DNA of 64,000 nt from Bdellovibrio sp. (GCA_036677065.1 JAKFBS010000004.1:576001-640000); one strand, 5' to 3'. Counted from the first letter of the stretch, positions 1 to 9,294 are shown. Numbers and translations are program-made. Notes: a model not told the origin generated them from the sequence alone.

Positions 1-441
1 CAAAAAGATCCCTGTTTTACCGAACTTTATGTTTTGGCTGAAACACGGCCTTTCAGCACTCACTACGTTGAACAGCGATTTGGTTCGTACGGGCTTGAGA
101 CTTTAAAACGCATGATCGATCAAAAAGTAATTCGCCCTTTAGGCAATGGTCTTTTTGGCCAGGGCGAAGTGAGCTCTAGCTTTTCTGCTGAGACGATTAA
201 ATCGGTAGGTTTACGTTTAACAGAGCGCTTTTTAAAACCAGCCAACGCTGATTTAGATGATGCCAATTACATGTCGCTTTATTTTGAGTCGGTCAGTGCA
301 GAGACGTACAAAGAATGGGTCATGATCGAAGAGCGCGCTTTTAAAGAGCGCATCAAATTATTAGAAAAACCAAACGCCAAAGGCAGCATTCCTGTTTTTG
401 CATTTACTGTTATTGATACCCTATTGGAGAACGAACAATGA
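1..441 (+). CDS. 5'-truncated gene; C-terminal part of a probable Bdellovibrionota HTH/TIGR02147(DUF4423)-like regulator
   Basis: Frame 1 is open from base 1 (QKDPCFTELYVLAET...). A winged-helix-like segment (FGSYGLETLKRMIDQKVI) and the terminal GSIPVFAF..D strand resemble this family; the family call is from recollection. Confidence 0.5.
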   Translation, partial: QKDPCFTELYVLAETRPFSTHYVEQRFGSYGLETLKRMIDQKVIRPLGNGLFGQGEVSSSFSAETIKSVGLRLTERFLKPANADLDDANYMSLYFESVSAETYKEWVMIEERAFKERIKLLEKPNAKGSIPVFAFTVIDTLLENEQ

Positions 442-575
442 AACTTTTTATCACCTTAAGTTTAACAGCATTACTTTTAATTATCACTGCAGCTTCTGCT
501 AACGCTGGTTCTAAAAACGGCGGTGGTTCAGCAGGTGGTGGCGGAAGAAACAACGTAGTCCCTGTTGGTCGCTAG
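438..575 (+). CDS. Small (45 aa) secreted Gly-rich peptide, not in the ORF track
   Basis: ATG 438 overlaps the upstream TGA (ATGA), with SD GGAGA at 426-430. Translation MKLFITLSLTALLLIITAASANAGSKNGGGSAGGGGRNNVVPVGR* has a Sec signal peptide ending ASA/ANA. Confidence 0.65.
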   Translation: MKLFITLSLTALLLIITAASANAGSKNGGGSAGGGGRNNVVPVGR

Positions 576-1410
576 TATTTCTTTTCAGTTGGTCTTTCTT
601 ACGGCAATCACTATGGTGGCTTTCGCAGCCAACTCTGTTTTTTGCCGCTTAGCTCTTACAGATCCTAATAATAGTCCGGTCAGTTTTACTTTGGTTCGAT
701 TAGTCGCAGGCGCTATCGCCTTGTTATTTTTATTTATTAAATATCGCAAAGAAGAACCTATCACTTTTAGTAAAAACATATTACTGGCTCCGGTGATGCT
801 GTTTTCATATGCGTTGTTTTTTTCGCTAGCCTACGTTCGGATGAGCGCAGGCACCGGAGCTTTGATTCTATTTGCCAGTGTTCAGTTGACGATGATTATC
901 ACAGCCTTGGTCAGAGGCCAGACGCTAAATATGAATGAATGGTTTGGCTTTAGCTTAGCAGCGGGTGGTTTGATTTATTTATTATTGCCTAGTCTTGATA
1001 TGCCGCCATTGATTTCGATGTTATCAATGACCATTGCTGGCGTTTCTTGGGGAATTTATTCTTTGCTAGGCCAGAAGTCTAAAAATCCATTTTTATCGAC
1101 GGCAAGAAACTTTTTATTGATCTTACCTGCTGCAGTTATTTATTTAGCCATCGACTCTATTCATTTAACGAACCAGGGTTTGCTTTGGGCGGTGTTATCA
1201 GGAGCCCTTACTTCGGGAATGGGTTATGTGCTTTGGTATGTGGTTTTGCGAAAGCTTGCCACAAGTACGGCTGCGGTTGTGCAATTAAGTGTACCAGCGA
1301 TAGCTGCGTTCGGCGGAGTTTTGTTTCTAGATGAAATCATTCATCTGCGATTAATCATTGCCAGTCTTCTGATTTTTTCTGGGATTACGTTAAAACTTTT
1401 CGGTAAATAA
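565..1410 (+). CDS. DMT/EamA family transporter (start uncertain)
   Basis: About 10 hydrophobic helices in two repeats; AFAANS, SFTLVRL and GYVLWY motifs. Confidence 0.85.
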   Translation: MVASISFQLVFLTAITMVAFAANSVFCRLALTDPNNSPVSFTLVRLVAGAIALLFLFIKYRKEEPITFSKNILLAPVMLFSYALFFSLAYVRMSAGTGALILFASVQLTMIITALVRGQTLNMNEWFGFSLAAGGLIYLLLPSLDMPPLISMLSMTIAGVSWGIYSLLGQKSKNPFLSTARNFLLILPAAVIYLAIDSIHLTNQGLLWAVLSGALTSGMGYVLWYVVLRKLATSTAAVVQLSVPAIAAFGGVLFLDEIIHLRLIIASLLIFSGITLKLFGK

Positions 1411-1413
1411 AGC

Positions 1414-1567
1414 CGGGCGAAACAGGCGGAGCGCGACTTCCGCAAGGTGCCGGATGGCTATTGAAAGCTTTGCTCATGAGGATTGCACCAGTTTTAGCCT
1501 CATGAACTTCCCTCGGTCTTAACCAACTTAAAAAGTTGATTGGCTTTTCCGACTGCTGTTTCGCCCG
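1414..1567. other. Structured intergenic element closed by a 12-bp perfect inverted repeat
   Basis: CGGGCGAAACAG (1414-1425) pairs with CTGTTTCGCCCG (1556-1567), with internal hairpins; lies between convergent genes. Confidence 0.55.
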
Positions 1568-1572
1568 AAAAA

Positions 1573-2487
1573 TTAATGCGGTCTTTTTTCTTTTAATGTT
1601 TGCGGCTTAGGATTATTTTTTTTATAACCGCCGGCAAAAGTATGTTTTAACGATTTAGCTAAACGGCCTTTGGGTTTACGCTTAAGTTTAGATGGAACAT
1701 CTTCAACATCACCCCAGCTTAAGGTAAAGCCTCCGTCGACAGTCACTAGTGACCCCGTCATATATGAAGACAGATCTGAAGCTACAAAAGCCATTGTGTT
1801 GGCGATCTCTTCGACGGTTCCTTTTCGTTTCATCGGAATATTTTCGGCCATTTTTCTTTCTTCGGCCTTTGTAAGCGAAGTGCGGGCAGCGTGAGTCATG
1901 GCTGTATCGATAGCCCCTGGGCAAATGACATTAACCCGAATGCCATGCTGGGCCTGTTCGACCGCCAGACCTTGCATAAAGGTGTGTACGAAACCTTTAC
2001 TGCCGCCATAGACTGTATCATCAGGTTCGCCTTTAAGCCCTGCTACAGAACCGGTGGCGACAATGCAGCCATGAGTTTTTTTTAAATACGGAAGGGCTGC
2101 GCGAGTCACATAGAAAGTGGCAAACACATTGCTTTTCATTGTGCGTTCAAAAACATCGTTACTGGTTTTGTCGGTTGAATCAATTCCTAGATTCACGCCG
2201 GCATTATTAATCAAGACGTCTAATTTTCCGAAGTCTTCGATGGTTTGTAAAATTAAGGCATCGGCTGATGCGGGATCGCCAAGATCGCCTTCAAACGTTG
2301 AAGATTTAACGCCGTATTTTTTTAGGGCTTTGGCCACATCTTTAAGTGGATCACCGGGTAAGCCCGCACACATCACATGCGCGCCATAACTGGCAAAGGC
2401 GTGTGCAGCCGCTTCGCCGATTCCGCTACCGGCTCCTGTAACAATAACTACGCGGTTAGAAAAATCTATTCCTTTAAACGATTTCAT
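1573..2487 (-). CDS. SDR family oxidoreductase with Lys-rich C-terminal tail
   Basis: TGAGSGIG, NNAG and YGGSK motifs. Confidence 0.92.
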   Translation of the reverse strand: MKSFKGIDFSNRVVIVTGAGSGIGEAAAHAFASYGAHVMCAGLPGDPLKDVAKALKKYGVKSSTFEGDLGDPASADALILQTIEDFGKLDVLINNAGVNLGIDSTDKTSNDVFERTMKSNVFATFYVTRAALPYLKKTHGCIVATGSVAGLKGEPDDTVYGGSKGFVHTFMQGLAVEQAQHGIRVNVICPGAIDTAMTHAARTSLTKAEERKMAENIPMKRKGTVEEIANTMAFVASDLSSYMTGSLVTVDGGFTLSWGDVEDVPSKLKRKPKGRLAKSLKHTFAGGYKKNNPKPQTLKEKRPH

Positions 2488-2523
2488 GTTGCGTTCTCCT
2501 TTTTTACCCCTTGAAGAAGTAAA

Positions 2524-2540
2524 AGCAGTTTATATGCCAG
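2524..2540 (-). promoter_or_regulatory. Putative sigma-54 promoter of the SDR gene
   Basis: Minus strand CTGGCATATAAACTGCT gives GG-N10-GC, 37 bp upstream of the ATG. Confidence 0.5.
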
Positions 2541-2555
2541 AAAAATTAAAATTTC

Positions 2556-2594
2556 TTGCTAAAATAGCTATATGTAAATAATATGTAAATTATG
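2556..2594 (+). promoter_or_regulatory. Sigma-70-like promoter (possibly leaderless) overlapped by a GTAA-N7-GTAA direct repeat
   Basis: TTGCTA-N17-TAATAT ends 7 nt before ATG 2592; tandem ATATGTAAAT with 11-bp period. Confidence 0.45.
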
Positions 2595-3695
2595 AATGAA
2601 ATTAAGAAGAAATCTTTAGATCTGATTGTAAAAACAAAAGGCCGCGCGGCCAGCAGTAATGATTCGTCTAGATTCAATCAATTTCAGCGTGTTTACGATA
2701 TCACTGATGCAAATCACTTTGTTGATGACGAAGATATTCCTAGTTTAAAAACAGAATTTTTAGTTGATAACACAAAAACTATTTTAAATCGTTACAGCAG
2801 CCCTGATATGGGCGAAGGCGTAAATCTTAACCCTTACCGCGGTTGTGAGCACGGTTGTATTTATTGTTATGCAAGGCCTACGCATGAATATTTTAATTTG
2901 TCTGCGGGCTTAGATTTTGAATCAAAAATTTTTGTTAAAGAAAAAGCGCCCGGCTTATTACGCTTAGAATTAATGAAACCTAAGTGGCAACCTGAAATCA
3001 TCATGATGAGCGGCATCACGGATTGTTATCAGCCCATTGAAAGAAAATTAGAAATCACCCGCAAATGTTTACAAGTGCTGGCTGAATTTAAAAATCCGGT
3101 GGTGATCATTACAAAAAATTTTCTCGTCACTCGTGATATAGATATTTTAGCTGAAATGGCTAAAGACCGTTTGGTTTCAGTTTGTTTGTCGGTGACTTCA
3201 CTGGATGAAAAATTAGCGCGCACGATGGAGCCGCGCACTTCATCACCGCAAAAACGCCTTGAGGCGATTAGACTTTTAACTGAAGCCGGTGTTCCAGTTT
3301 CGGTGAATGTAGGGCCAATTGTGCCAGGGCTTACTGATCACGAAGTGCCGCGTATTTTAGAAGCTGCCGCCAATGCCGGGGCACGTTCGGCTAACTTTGT
3401 CGTGGTTCGGCTGCCTCACTCGGTCAAAGATTTATTTGTTGAATGGCTTGATGAAAACTTTCCCGAAAAGAAATCTAAAGTGGTCGGAGCCATTCGGGAT
3501 ATTCGTGATGGTAAATTATATGACTCAAGTTTTGAATCGCGCATGACAGGCACAGGCGCCAGGGCAGATCATATCGCCGAAATGTTTCATATTTTTCGCC
3601 GCAAGTATTTTGCTGAAAGAAAATCATTAGGTCTGCGTACGGATTTATTTCAAAGACCCAAAGTTGCGGGTGATCAGTACAGTTTTGATTTATAA
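2592..3695 (+). CDS. Radical SAM protein, PA0069/spore-photoproduct-lyase-like family
   Basis: NPYRGCEHGCIYCYARPTHEY (CxxxCxxC) and TDCYQPIE motifs. Confidence 0.9.
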   Translation: MNEIKKKSLDLIVKTKGRAASSNDSSRFNQFQRVYDITDANHFVDDEDIPSLKTEFLVDNTKTILNRYSSPDMGEGVNLNPYRGCEHGCIYCYARPTHEYFNLSAGLDFESKIFVKEKAPGLLRLELMKPKWQPEIIMMSGITDCYQPIERKLEITRKCLQVLAEFKNPVVIITKNFLVTRDIDILAEMAKDRLVSVCLSVTSLDEKLARTMEPRTSSPQKRLEAIRLLTEAGVPVSVNVGPIVPGLTDHEVPRILEAAANAGARSANFVVVRLPHSVKDLFVEWLDENFPEKKSKVVGAIRDIRDGKLYDSSFESRMTGTGARADHIAEMFHIFRRKYFAERKSLGLRTDLFQRPKVAGDQYSFDL

Positions 3696-3702
3696 CATTT
3701 CT

Positions 3703-4788
3703 TTAATATTCTAACTGTGTAAACTCTCGGGTGCTGTTTGCCTCAGTGGGTATGACTTCAAAATAATATCTAGAAATTTCTGATCCGATGCTGGTTTCTA
3801 CGGTGATCATCCATTCGCCGGGCTGAAAATTAGCCTTGGTGGCAAAGCCACGAAAGCCTTCTTTGCGTCCGCCTTGAATGTTTAACGGCACTTTATCAGT
3901 TGTAGTCCAGTCGCCATTTTTATTTTTCATATGCCAGTGTAAAATAATTTGATCAGCGATGCGTGCCGGAGAATAAATCTGGGCGTAAAAATAAATTTTA
4001 TCACCCGGAGCGGCTTTAAACTCTTTGTCAGAGTCTTGCCAGAACTTCCAGGTTTTTTCGTAAGATAAAATAAATTTTCCGTCGCGCTTTTCTAAATTAT
4101 GGTAAACACCTTGCGCCTTAACACTTAAAGGCACTGGCGGAATCCAACCTAAAAAGTAAAATAAGCCAAACACCGCAAGAACCGCCACACACGGGGCGGT
4201 GATAGCTTTTTTTAATATGTTGGCATCGATCTGGGCGCGTTCTAGCATTTGCACTTGCGCGATTAATATTAATACAGTGCTAAGTGCTGAAAGCAGAAAC
4301 GGCGTCCAGCCGACAAACCCCAGAATGATCGGGTAGAGCACCGAGAAAAACGAAAATAAACAAATCGCAAAAAAACCTACTTTAAGGCTAACCTTCGCGG
4401 ATTTTACGAAAGAGAGTTCGTTGATTAAAATTAATGCGACCAGCAGAATTAGAAAAATAAAACTACTTAAGATTGAAGCGCTCTTAATATAAAAAAGCGA
4501 ATACACACTTAAAAGTGATCCTAATAAAAAGTGCAAAGCAAAATCACGGTAAGACCAGAGTTTTTGTAAAGAGTCTTTCGGCCGCCATTTGTGAAGACGA
4601 AACAACAATTCGTAATGAATAAGGGCTGCGATAATAAATAAATAGACTGCCTGTTGAGCGATTGAAAATAAATCATCAGGGTCTGCGATAAACAAAATAT
4701 CAAATAAGAAGCCGCCGATGAAGAAGGCGATTTCAAGTTTGGTGTCATGTTTTCTGATAAATTCTGCTGATTTTTGTTTAATATTCAT
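3703..4788 (-). CDS. Membrane protein with C-terminal DUF2914-like Ig domain
   Basis: About 8 TM helices, then IPPVPLS and GGRKEGFRG...PGEW motifs; start taken at MNIKQK. Confidence 0.7.
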   Translation of the reverse strand: MNIKQKSAEFIRKHDTKLEIAFFIGGFLFDILFIADPDDLFSIAQQAVYLFIIAALIHYELLFRLHKWRPKDSLQKLWSYRDFALHFLLGSLLSVYSLFYIKSASILSSFIFLILLVALILINELSFVKSAKVSLKVGFFAICLFSFFSVLYPIILGFVGWTPFLLSALSTVLILIAQVQMLERAQIDANILKKAITAPCVAVLAVFGLFYFLGWIPPVPLSVKAQGVYHNLEKRDGKFILSYEKTWKFWQDSDKEFKAAPGDKIYFYAQIYSPARIADQIILHWHMKNKNGDWTTTDKVPLNIQGGRKEGFRGFATKANFQPGEWMITVETSIGSEISRYYFEVIPTEANSTREFTQLEY

Positions 4789-4899
4789 TACCGACGAGCC
4801 TACCATAGGCACTAGCTTTGAGCTAGCAATGGATCAGAGGCTAGTTTTTGGGTTTTTTGTTTGCTCAATTAAAAATACATTTTATAAATAATATAATAT

Positions 4900-5445
4900 T
4901 TGATATTGTTAAGTCTCATGAGACACAAAGACGATATGAACTTAGATCAATGGATTCAGTCCACCAGTGAAGACGTTTTAGCCGGATTATTGGTCGATAT
5001 GTTGTTGTCTGACGGAACAACTTACTGTGGTTATATTAATACCATGGTTAATACAGGCGATCCAGAAAGCATTTTGTTAACAAGCCGAACACCCCAAGCG
5101 GGAATTTTTGAAGGCAAAAAAATTAAAAAAACTGATATCATAGGATTTAATTTTTCGACATCGCCCCGGGCAAATTTTGGTGTGCATCATATTTATATCA
5201 CCGAAAAAGGTGCAAATTTTCAATTTCAACATGCCATTCATGATCAGCAAAAACAGGTATTCACTAACATTGAAAAATCAGTCGATGCTTTTAAAGTTGA
5301 ATGTTTGGCGTATATCAAAAGACTAAGTCTGGATATGCTGCCTAATGAAAAGCTAGTACTGACGTTAACTAAAGAGTTAACTGTTAAGTACAGCTTAGAC
5401 ATAACTAAAGTAGATCAAAAAATCAGAGATTTTCTAGGTCTGTAA
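4900..5445 (+). CDS. Hypothetical protein (start uncertain)
   Basis: 181-codon ORF filling the gap; no recognised motif. Confidence 0.55.
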   Translation: MILLSLMRHKDDMNLDQWIQSTSEDVLAGLLVDMLLSDGTTYCGYINTMVNTGDPESILLTSRTPQAGIFEGKKIKKTDIIGFNFSTSPRANFGVHHIYITEKGANFQFQHAIHDQQKQVFTNIEKSVDAFKVECLAYIKRLSLDMLPNEKLVLTLTKELTVKYSLDITKVDQKIRDFLGL

Positions 5446-5490
5446 AAATGTCTCAGGCGGATTCCGCCCAAGACAAATCTTTATCCAAAA

Positions 5491-5970
5491 TTAATAGGTG
5501 ACTAATTTTTTCTCTGGAACTGTATCCCATTTGCCGCGGGCATCCACGAAAATAATACATTCACTACCTGCTGCACACATCGTTGCATGGGGTTGTTTTT
5601 TCTTAAACGAAAAAAATGACCCAGGCGATAAACGACGTTCTACGCCGTCAACAGTTAATACAAAGTCTCCTTTGATCACTGTGACAAAATTATCTGCAGT
5701 GTGATGATGCAGAGGTGCTGAAAAGCCAGCGTCAAATTTCATAAATGAATGATGCGCCCCTTTAGTAGAATCACCTTCAACAACAGCCATCTGTAAGCCC
5801 GGAAACTCTGCCACAGCCTGCCATTTGATGTCTTTGGCTTCCATAAAGACCGCATTCGCCGTCGACTTGGGTTGATTCATTTTGCTGGTCTCTATTTTAG
5901 CCGCATCTTTAGCTGCCGCAGTGAATGAAAACATTGTTAATAAAATTGTAATTAAAGAAATACGTTTCAT
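5491..5970 (-). CDS. Exported cupin-domain protein (DUF4437-like)
   Basis: Signal peptide; PLHHH...VIKG and PGSFF...PH cupin motifs. Confidence 0.8.
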   Translation of the reverse strand: MKRISLITILLTMFSFTAAAKDAAKIETSKMNQPKSTANAVFMEAKDIKWQAVAEFPGLQMAVVEGDSTKGAHHSFMKFDAGFSAPLHHHTADNFVTVIKGDFVLTVDGVERRLSPGSFFSFKKKQPHATMCAAGSECIIFVDARGKWDTVPEKKLVTY

Positions 5971-6017
5971 TGTTAAAATCCTTTCAAAGTTTGGTTGTAA
6001 TTAACCGACCTAAACAT

Positions 6018-6033
6018 AGCAATATCGTGACCG
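6018..6033 (-). promoter_or_regulatory. Putative sigma-54 promoter of the cupin gene
   Basis: Minus strand CGGTCACGATATTGCT gives GG-N10-GC with TTGC. Confidence 0.45.
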
Positions 6034-6103
6034 CGTTGTTTGGGTCAGAAGAGTACATAGATAGAAGCCTGCTTTTTGCTAGTAGCTCAAGACGGAGGAA
6101 AGT

Positions 6104-6403
6104 ATGAAAGACAGAATTAAATTTCCAGGTTTTGTTTCATTTATTTCTAGCCCTGCAGGCCGGCTTTTGCGAATAGCCGTGGGTGTAACTTTGATTGTTA
6201 TCGGATTTAATGCCGTCACGACGGCTGGCAAGATGGTGGGGGTGTTAGGGTTATTGCCACTGATGGCGGGCGGTTTAGATGTCTGTATACTTGGGCCACT
6301 TTTGGGCGGATACTTTAGCGGCGCTAAAATGCGCAAAGCTTTGCACGAGCAAGAGGGTAAAACGCAGCTGGGCGCAAGCTCAGAATCTTTTTCACGAGCT
6401 TAG
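6104..6403 (+). CDS. YgaP/DUF2892-like small membrane protein
   Basis: SD GGAGG; RLLRIAVG...GLLPL..G..D.C pattern; two TM helices. Confidence 0.7.
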   Translation: MKDRIKFPGFVSFISSPAGRLLRIAVGVTLIVIGFNAVTTAGKMVGVLGLLPLMAGGLDVCILGPLLGGYFSGAKMRKALHEQEGKTQLGASSESFSRA

Positions 6404-6405
6404 CT

Positions 6406-6795
6406 ATGAGTTTAGCTATGAGCACACAACCCAGTGTAGAAATTTTGAAAGCGTTTCTTGAAGCCTTTAACCGTCATGACCTTGATGCGATCATGGATTT
6501 TTTCTGTGAAGATTGTATTTTCGATATGCCCCGTGGGCCTGAACCCCAAGGCCGCAGGTATTCTGGTAAAAAAGAAGTGCGCGCAGGTCTTGCGACTCGC
6601 TTTGCCGGCTTACCAGATGTTCACTATGCAAACGACCGTCATTTTGTCAGTGGTCAGCGTGGATGTTCGCAGTGGCTTTTAACCGGAACGCGCCCAAGCG
6701 GCGAACGGGTTACGGTGCAGGGCTGCGATTTACTTGAATTTAAGGGCGATAAGATTTTTCATAAAGACTCGTACTGGAAGCTTGTTGAAAAATAA
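6406..6795 (+). CDS. SnoaL/NTF2-like fold protein
   Basis: AFNRHDLDAIM, GCDLLEF and KDSYW motifs. Confidence 0.85.
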   Translation: MSLAMSTQPSVEILKAFLEAFNRHDLDAIMDFFCEDCIFDMPRGPEPQGRRYSGKKEVRAGLATRFAGLPDVHYANDRHFVSGQRGCSQWLLTGTRPSGERVTVQGCDLLEFKGDKIFHKDSYWKLVEK

Positions 6796-6796
6796 T

Positions 6797-7153
6797 TTAA
6801 TCAACAACAGTCGCGCAAACGCCTAAAGCATTTTTTTCGACGTTAGAAATTTCATCGATAATAAAATTTCTCATGTGCGTGATTTGGTTTTCAAGTTCGG
6901 TATGAGTTCTGAAAATATCGCCATTTGTGCAAAGAGTTTTATTTAAATAGCGCAAGTACGAAAAAAGAAATTGTTTCACCTGATCATTATTTTTATTTTG
7001 ATAAGTGTCGACGACGGTACTGATAGATTCAAAGATTTGTTTAACATCTTGTTTTTTTAAAGAAATAGTTTCGCTATTTTTATAGCGGTCAATAAGACCG
7101 TTAATTTGCGTGTAAGCTTTCATTATTTTTTCTGTAACATTTAGTGCTTCCAT
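6797..7153 (-). CDS. Hypothetical helical protein
   Basis: 118-codon ATG ORF filling the gap. Confidence 0.55.
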   Translation of the reverse strand: MEALNVTEKIMKAYTQINGLIDRYKNSETISLKKQDVKQIFESISTVVDTYQNKNNDQVKQFLFSYLRYLNKTLCTNGDIFRTHTELENQITHMRNFIIDEISNVEKNALGVCATVVD

Positions 7154-7210
7154 AGGGTTATGTTAGCAACTTGTGTGCAGAGTTCAACTTCATAAGGTCT
7201 AGAAATTAAG

Positions 7211-7579
7211 TTATTTAGTATTCATCAATTTAAGAACGTTGCCGTCTAAATCTTCGAATGCAAGCATGTGACCCCAGTCCTGTTTCGCTTCGCCAAGAAC
7301 TTTTCCACCAGCAAGTTCAATTTTCTTTCTATCAGCAGCAATGTCATCAGAATTAAAAGTAAGAGTTCCGCCACAGTTTTGGCCGTGCGAATCACGAGGA
7401 GTAGTAGGGATGGCTTCGCCTTCAGTCCAGTGTAAACCTAAATTTAGATTTCCAATTGTCATTGTTGACCAGTATTCATGACCATAAGTTTTAGTCATGC
7501 CAAGAGCTTCAGTGTAGAACTTAACGGCGCGGTTCATATCGGTCACGTTGTAATAAAAATCTTTATATCCTGTGATCAT
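7211..7579 (-). CDS. VOC/glyoxalase family protein
   Basis: VTDMNRAVKFY...LG and WG...FEDLDGN motifs. Confidence 0.88.
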   Translation of the reverse strand: MITGYKDFYYNVTDMNRAVKFYTEALGMTKTYGHEYWSTMTIGNLNLGLHWTEGEAIPTTPRDSHGQNCGGTLTFNSDDIAADRKKIELAGGKVLGEAKQDWGHMLAFEDLDGNVLKLMNTK

Positions 7580-7581
7580 GG

Positions 7582-8058
7582 TTACTCCTTAAGTTCTACT
7601 TCGTAAATTCCGCGGGCGGCGATTACTTTTTCAAGACTATTAATAGGTCGAACGTCAGTCAATTCCCAAGCGTAATAGCCTGGCTCCCATTTTGTAGCAC
7701 AGGCTGCTGTAATATCAGATTCTTCAAAGGGCCTGACGTTTTTAATTTTAACGAGGGCCACAGGTGTTCCGTCAGGGTCAGTTTCGCCTTCTTGGCGCAG
7801 AAAATTTTTATTCTCGATGATCAGTAAGTCATCAACGAAGCCTTCGGGCGGTAACCAAGACCTGACTTCGATTGTTTTTTCGCCGCGGGCGATTTTGGTT
7901 CCGCTAGGGTAGACGATAGATAGGGCTTTGAACTTTATAACGGGCTTAGGATTGAAGAATTTAAGAAACACATACCAGTAGGCGAAAATGAATAGCGCAA
8001 AGACTGCGACAAAAGCCAGAAAGAAAAATAACATCCACGGTTCAAAGCTTTTCATCAT
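7582..8058 (-). CDS. ASCH-domain protein with N-terminal TM segment
   Basis: KALSI.YP...IARGEKTIEVRSW (GxKxxExR) motif; hydrophobic residues ~8-33. Confidence 0.8.
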   Translation of the reverse strand: MMKSFEPWMLFFFLAFVAVFALFIFAYWYVFLKFFNPKPVIKFKALSIVYPSGTKIARGEKTIEVRSWLPPEGFVDDLLIIENKNFLRQEGETDPDGTPVALVKIKNVRPFEESDITAACATKWEPGYYAWELTDVRPINSLEKVIAARGIYEVELKE

Positions 8059-8511
8059 TTAGGGTAAAATTTCTGATTCAGCAGAGATGTCACACTTTGA
8101 GCAAAAGCCATAAAACAACATAGATAGATTTGCCTTTGAAAAATCGTGAATGTCTTTGAGGGCTTTTTCAACTTTTTCAAAAAGTTCAGCATTTCCCTTA
8201 TTCATTTTGCCGCAGGATTTACAGATGTAGTAATGGTGCATTTTTTTGCCAAAAACGTACTGATAGACTTTTCCGACTTTGGGTAAGTCTAGTTCCTGAA
8301 TTAAGCCTAATGAAATAAATTTTTCGATGTTTCTATAAATAGTCGTTCGATCAACATCTTCAATGTGTTTACTTAAATAATCGTACAATTCTTTAATGGG
8401 AACATGGCGACTTTTATTATCTAAAAAAAATTGAATGAGTATTTCTTTAGATGGGGTCATGCGAAGCCCCTTTGACTTTAAGTAAGTGATAAGTTCAGCA
8501 TGTTTTTTCAT
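8059..8511 (-). CDS. Fur-family transcriptional regulator (Fur/Zur/PerR)
   Basis: GLRMTP, TTIYRN, HHYYICKSC and YGFCSKC motifs. Confidence 0.9.
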   Translation of the reverse strand: MKKHAELITYLKSKGLRMTPSKEILIQFFLDNKSRHVPIKELYDYLSKHIEDVDRTTIYRNIEKFISLGLIQELDLPKVGKVYQYVFGKKMHHYYICKSCGKMNKGNAELFEKVEKALKDIHDFSKANLSMLFYGFCSKCDISAESEILP

Positions 8512-8523
8512 AATACACCGTGA

Positions 8524-8545
8524 TTATTGCCTAATGATGCAATAA
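8524..8545. promoter_or_regulatory. Palindromic operator TTATTGC-N8-GCAATAA
   Basis: Perfect 7-bp arms in the 43-bp divergent gap between the Fur-family gene and the YoaK gene. Confidence 0.6.
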
Positions 8546-8554
8546 CATTTAAGT

Positions 8555-9289
8555 ATGTTTCAACATAAGATAAACGATACAGCAAGCCTTAAAACTTACT
8601 TTGATTGGTTTGTGTTAAGCTTTCTTGCTGGAAGTATTAATACGGGTGGATACCTGGCTTGTCACCGTTTTGTGTCTCATATAACTGGTTTTGCAACGCT
8701 TGCAGGCATCTCGTTTGAGAGGTTAAACCTGCTTGAAGCTTTCGGAACTTTATTAATACCTTTGTTTTTTGTGGCCGGTGTTATGGTATCGGCTTATTTA
8801 ACTGAACGAAAACATGTTCACAAATTGCGGGCGCAAAAATATTCGCCGGTGATGGGATTGGTAGCTCTTTTGCTGGGAGTCGTGGCCTTAGGCGGAAGCC
8901 TTGACTGGTTTGGCCAGTTTGGTGACCCGGCACAAATCAAACATGACTTTACATTACTGGCTTGTCTTTGCGGGGCTTGTGGATTGTTAAACGGGGCAAT
9001 TACTTCGGCTTCTGGTTTTACCATCAGAACGACTCATTTAACCGGGCTTGCTACAGATCTTGGTTTGGGATTAGTGCGTACTAAATTGCACGGTTTAACA
9101 GGTGAAGATAAAGCTCGTGAGACTAAGGCCAATTTATTGCGTATGGGAACAATCATTTCATTTATTGTAGGGTCACTTGCGGGTGCTTTTGTATTTATGC
9201 GCTTTCAATATAAAGGATTTTTATTTCCGATGCTGCTTTCAATTTATTTTTCTTATGTCGCTTATAAGGCTCAAGCGCAAAAGGTTTAA
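8555..9289 (+). CDS. YoaK/DUF1275 family membrane protein
   Basis: LSFLAGSIN...FVSHITG and RTTHLTGLATDLG motifs. Confidence 0.88.
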   Translation: MFQHKINDTASLKTYFDWFVLSFLAGSINTGGYLACHRFVSHITGFATLAGISFERLNLLEAFGTLLIPLFFVAGVMVSAYLTERKHVHKLRAQKYSPVMGLVALLLGVVALGGSLDWFGQFGDPAQIKHDFTLLACLCGACGLLNGAITSASGFTIRTTHLTGLATDLGLGLVRTKLHGLTGEDKARETKANLLRMGTIISFIVGSLAGAFVFMRFQYKGFLFPMLLSIYFSYVAYKAQAQKV

Positions 9290-9294
9290 ATTTA

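Noticed and set aside
1414..1567. RNase P, 6S RNA, hammerhead or c-di-GMP riboswitch identity for the structured element
   Set aside because: Only partial resemblance (GAGGGAAGTTC, CTCATGAG, CGAAAC); length and core motifs do not fit any of them.
7165..7180. Sigma-54 promoter for 6797-7153
   Set aside because: Minus strand CTGCACACAAGTTGCT lacks the invariant -24 GG.
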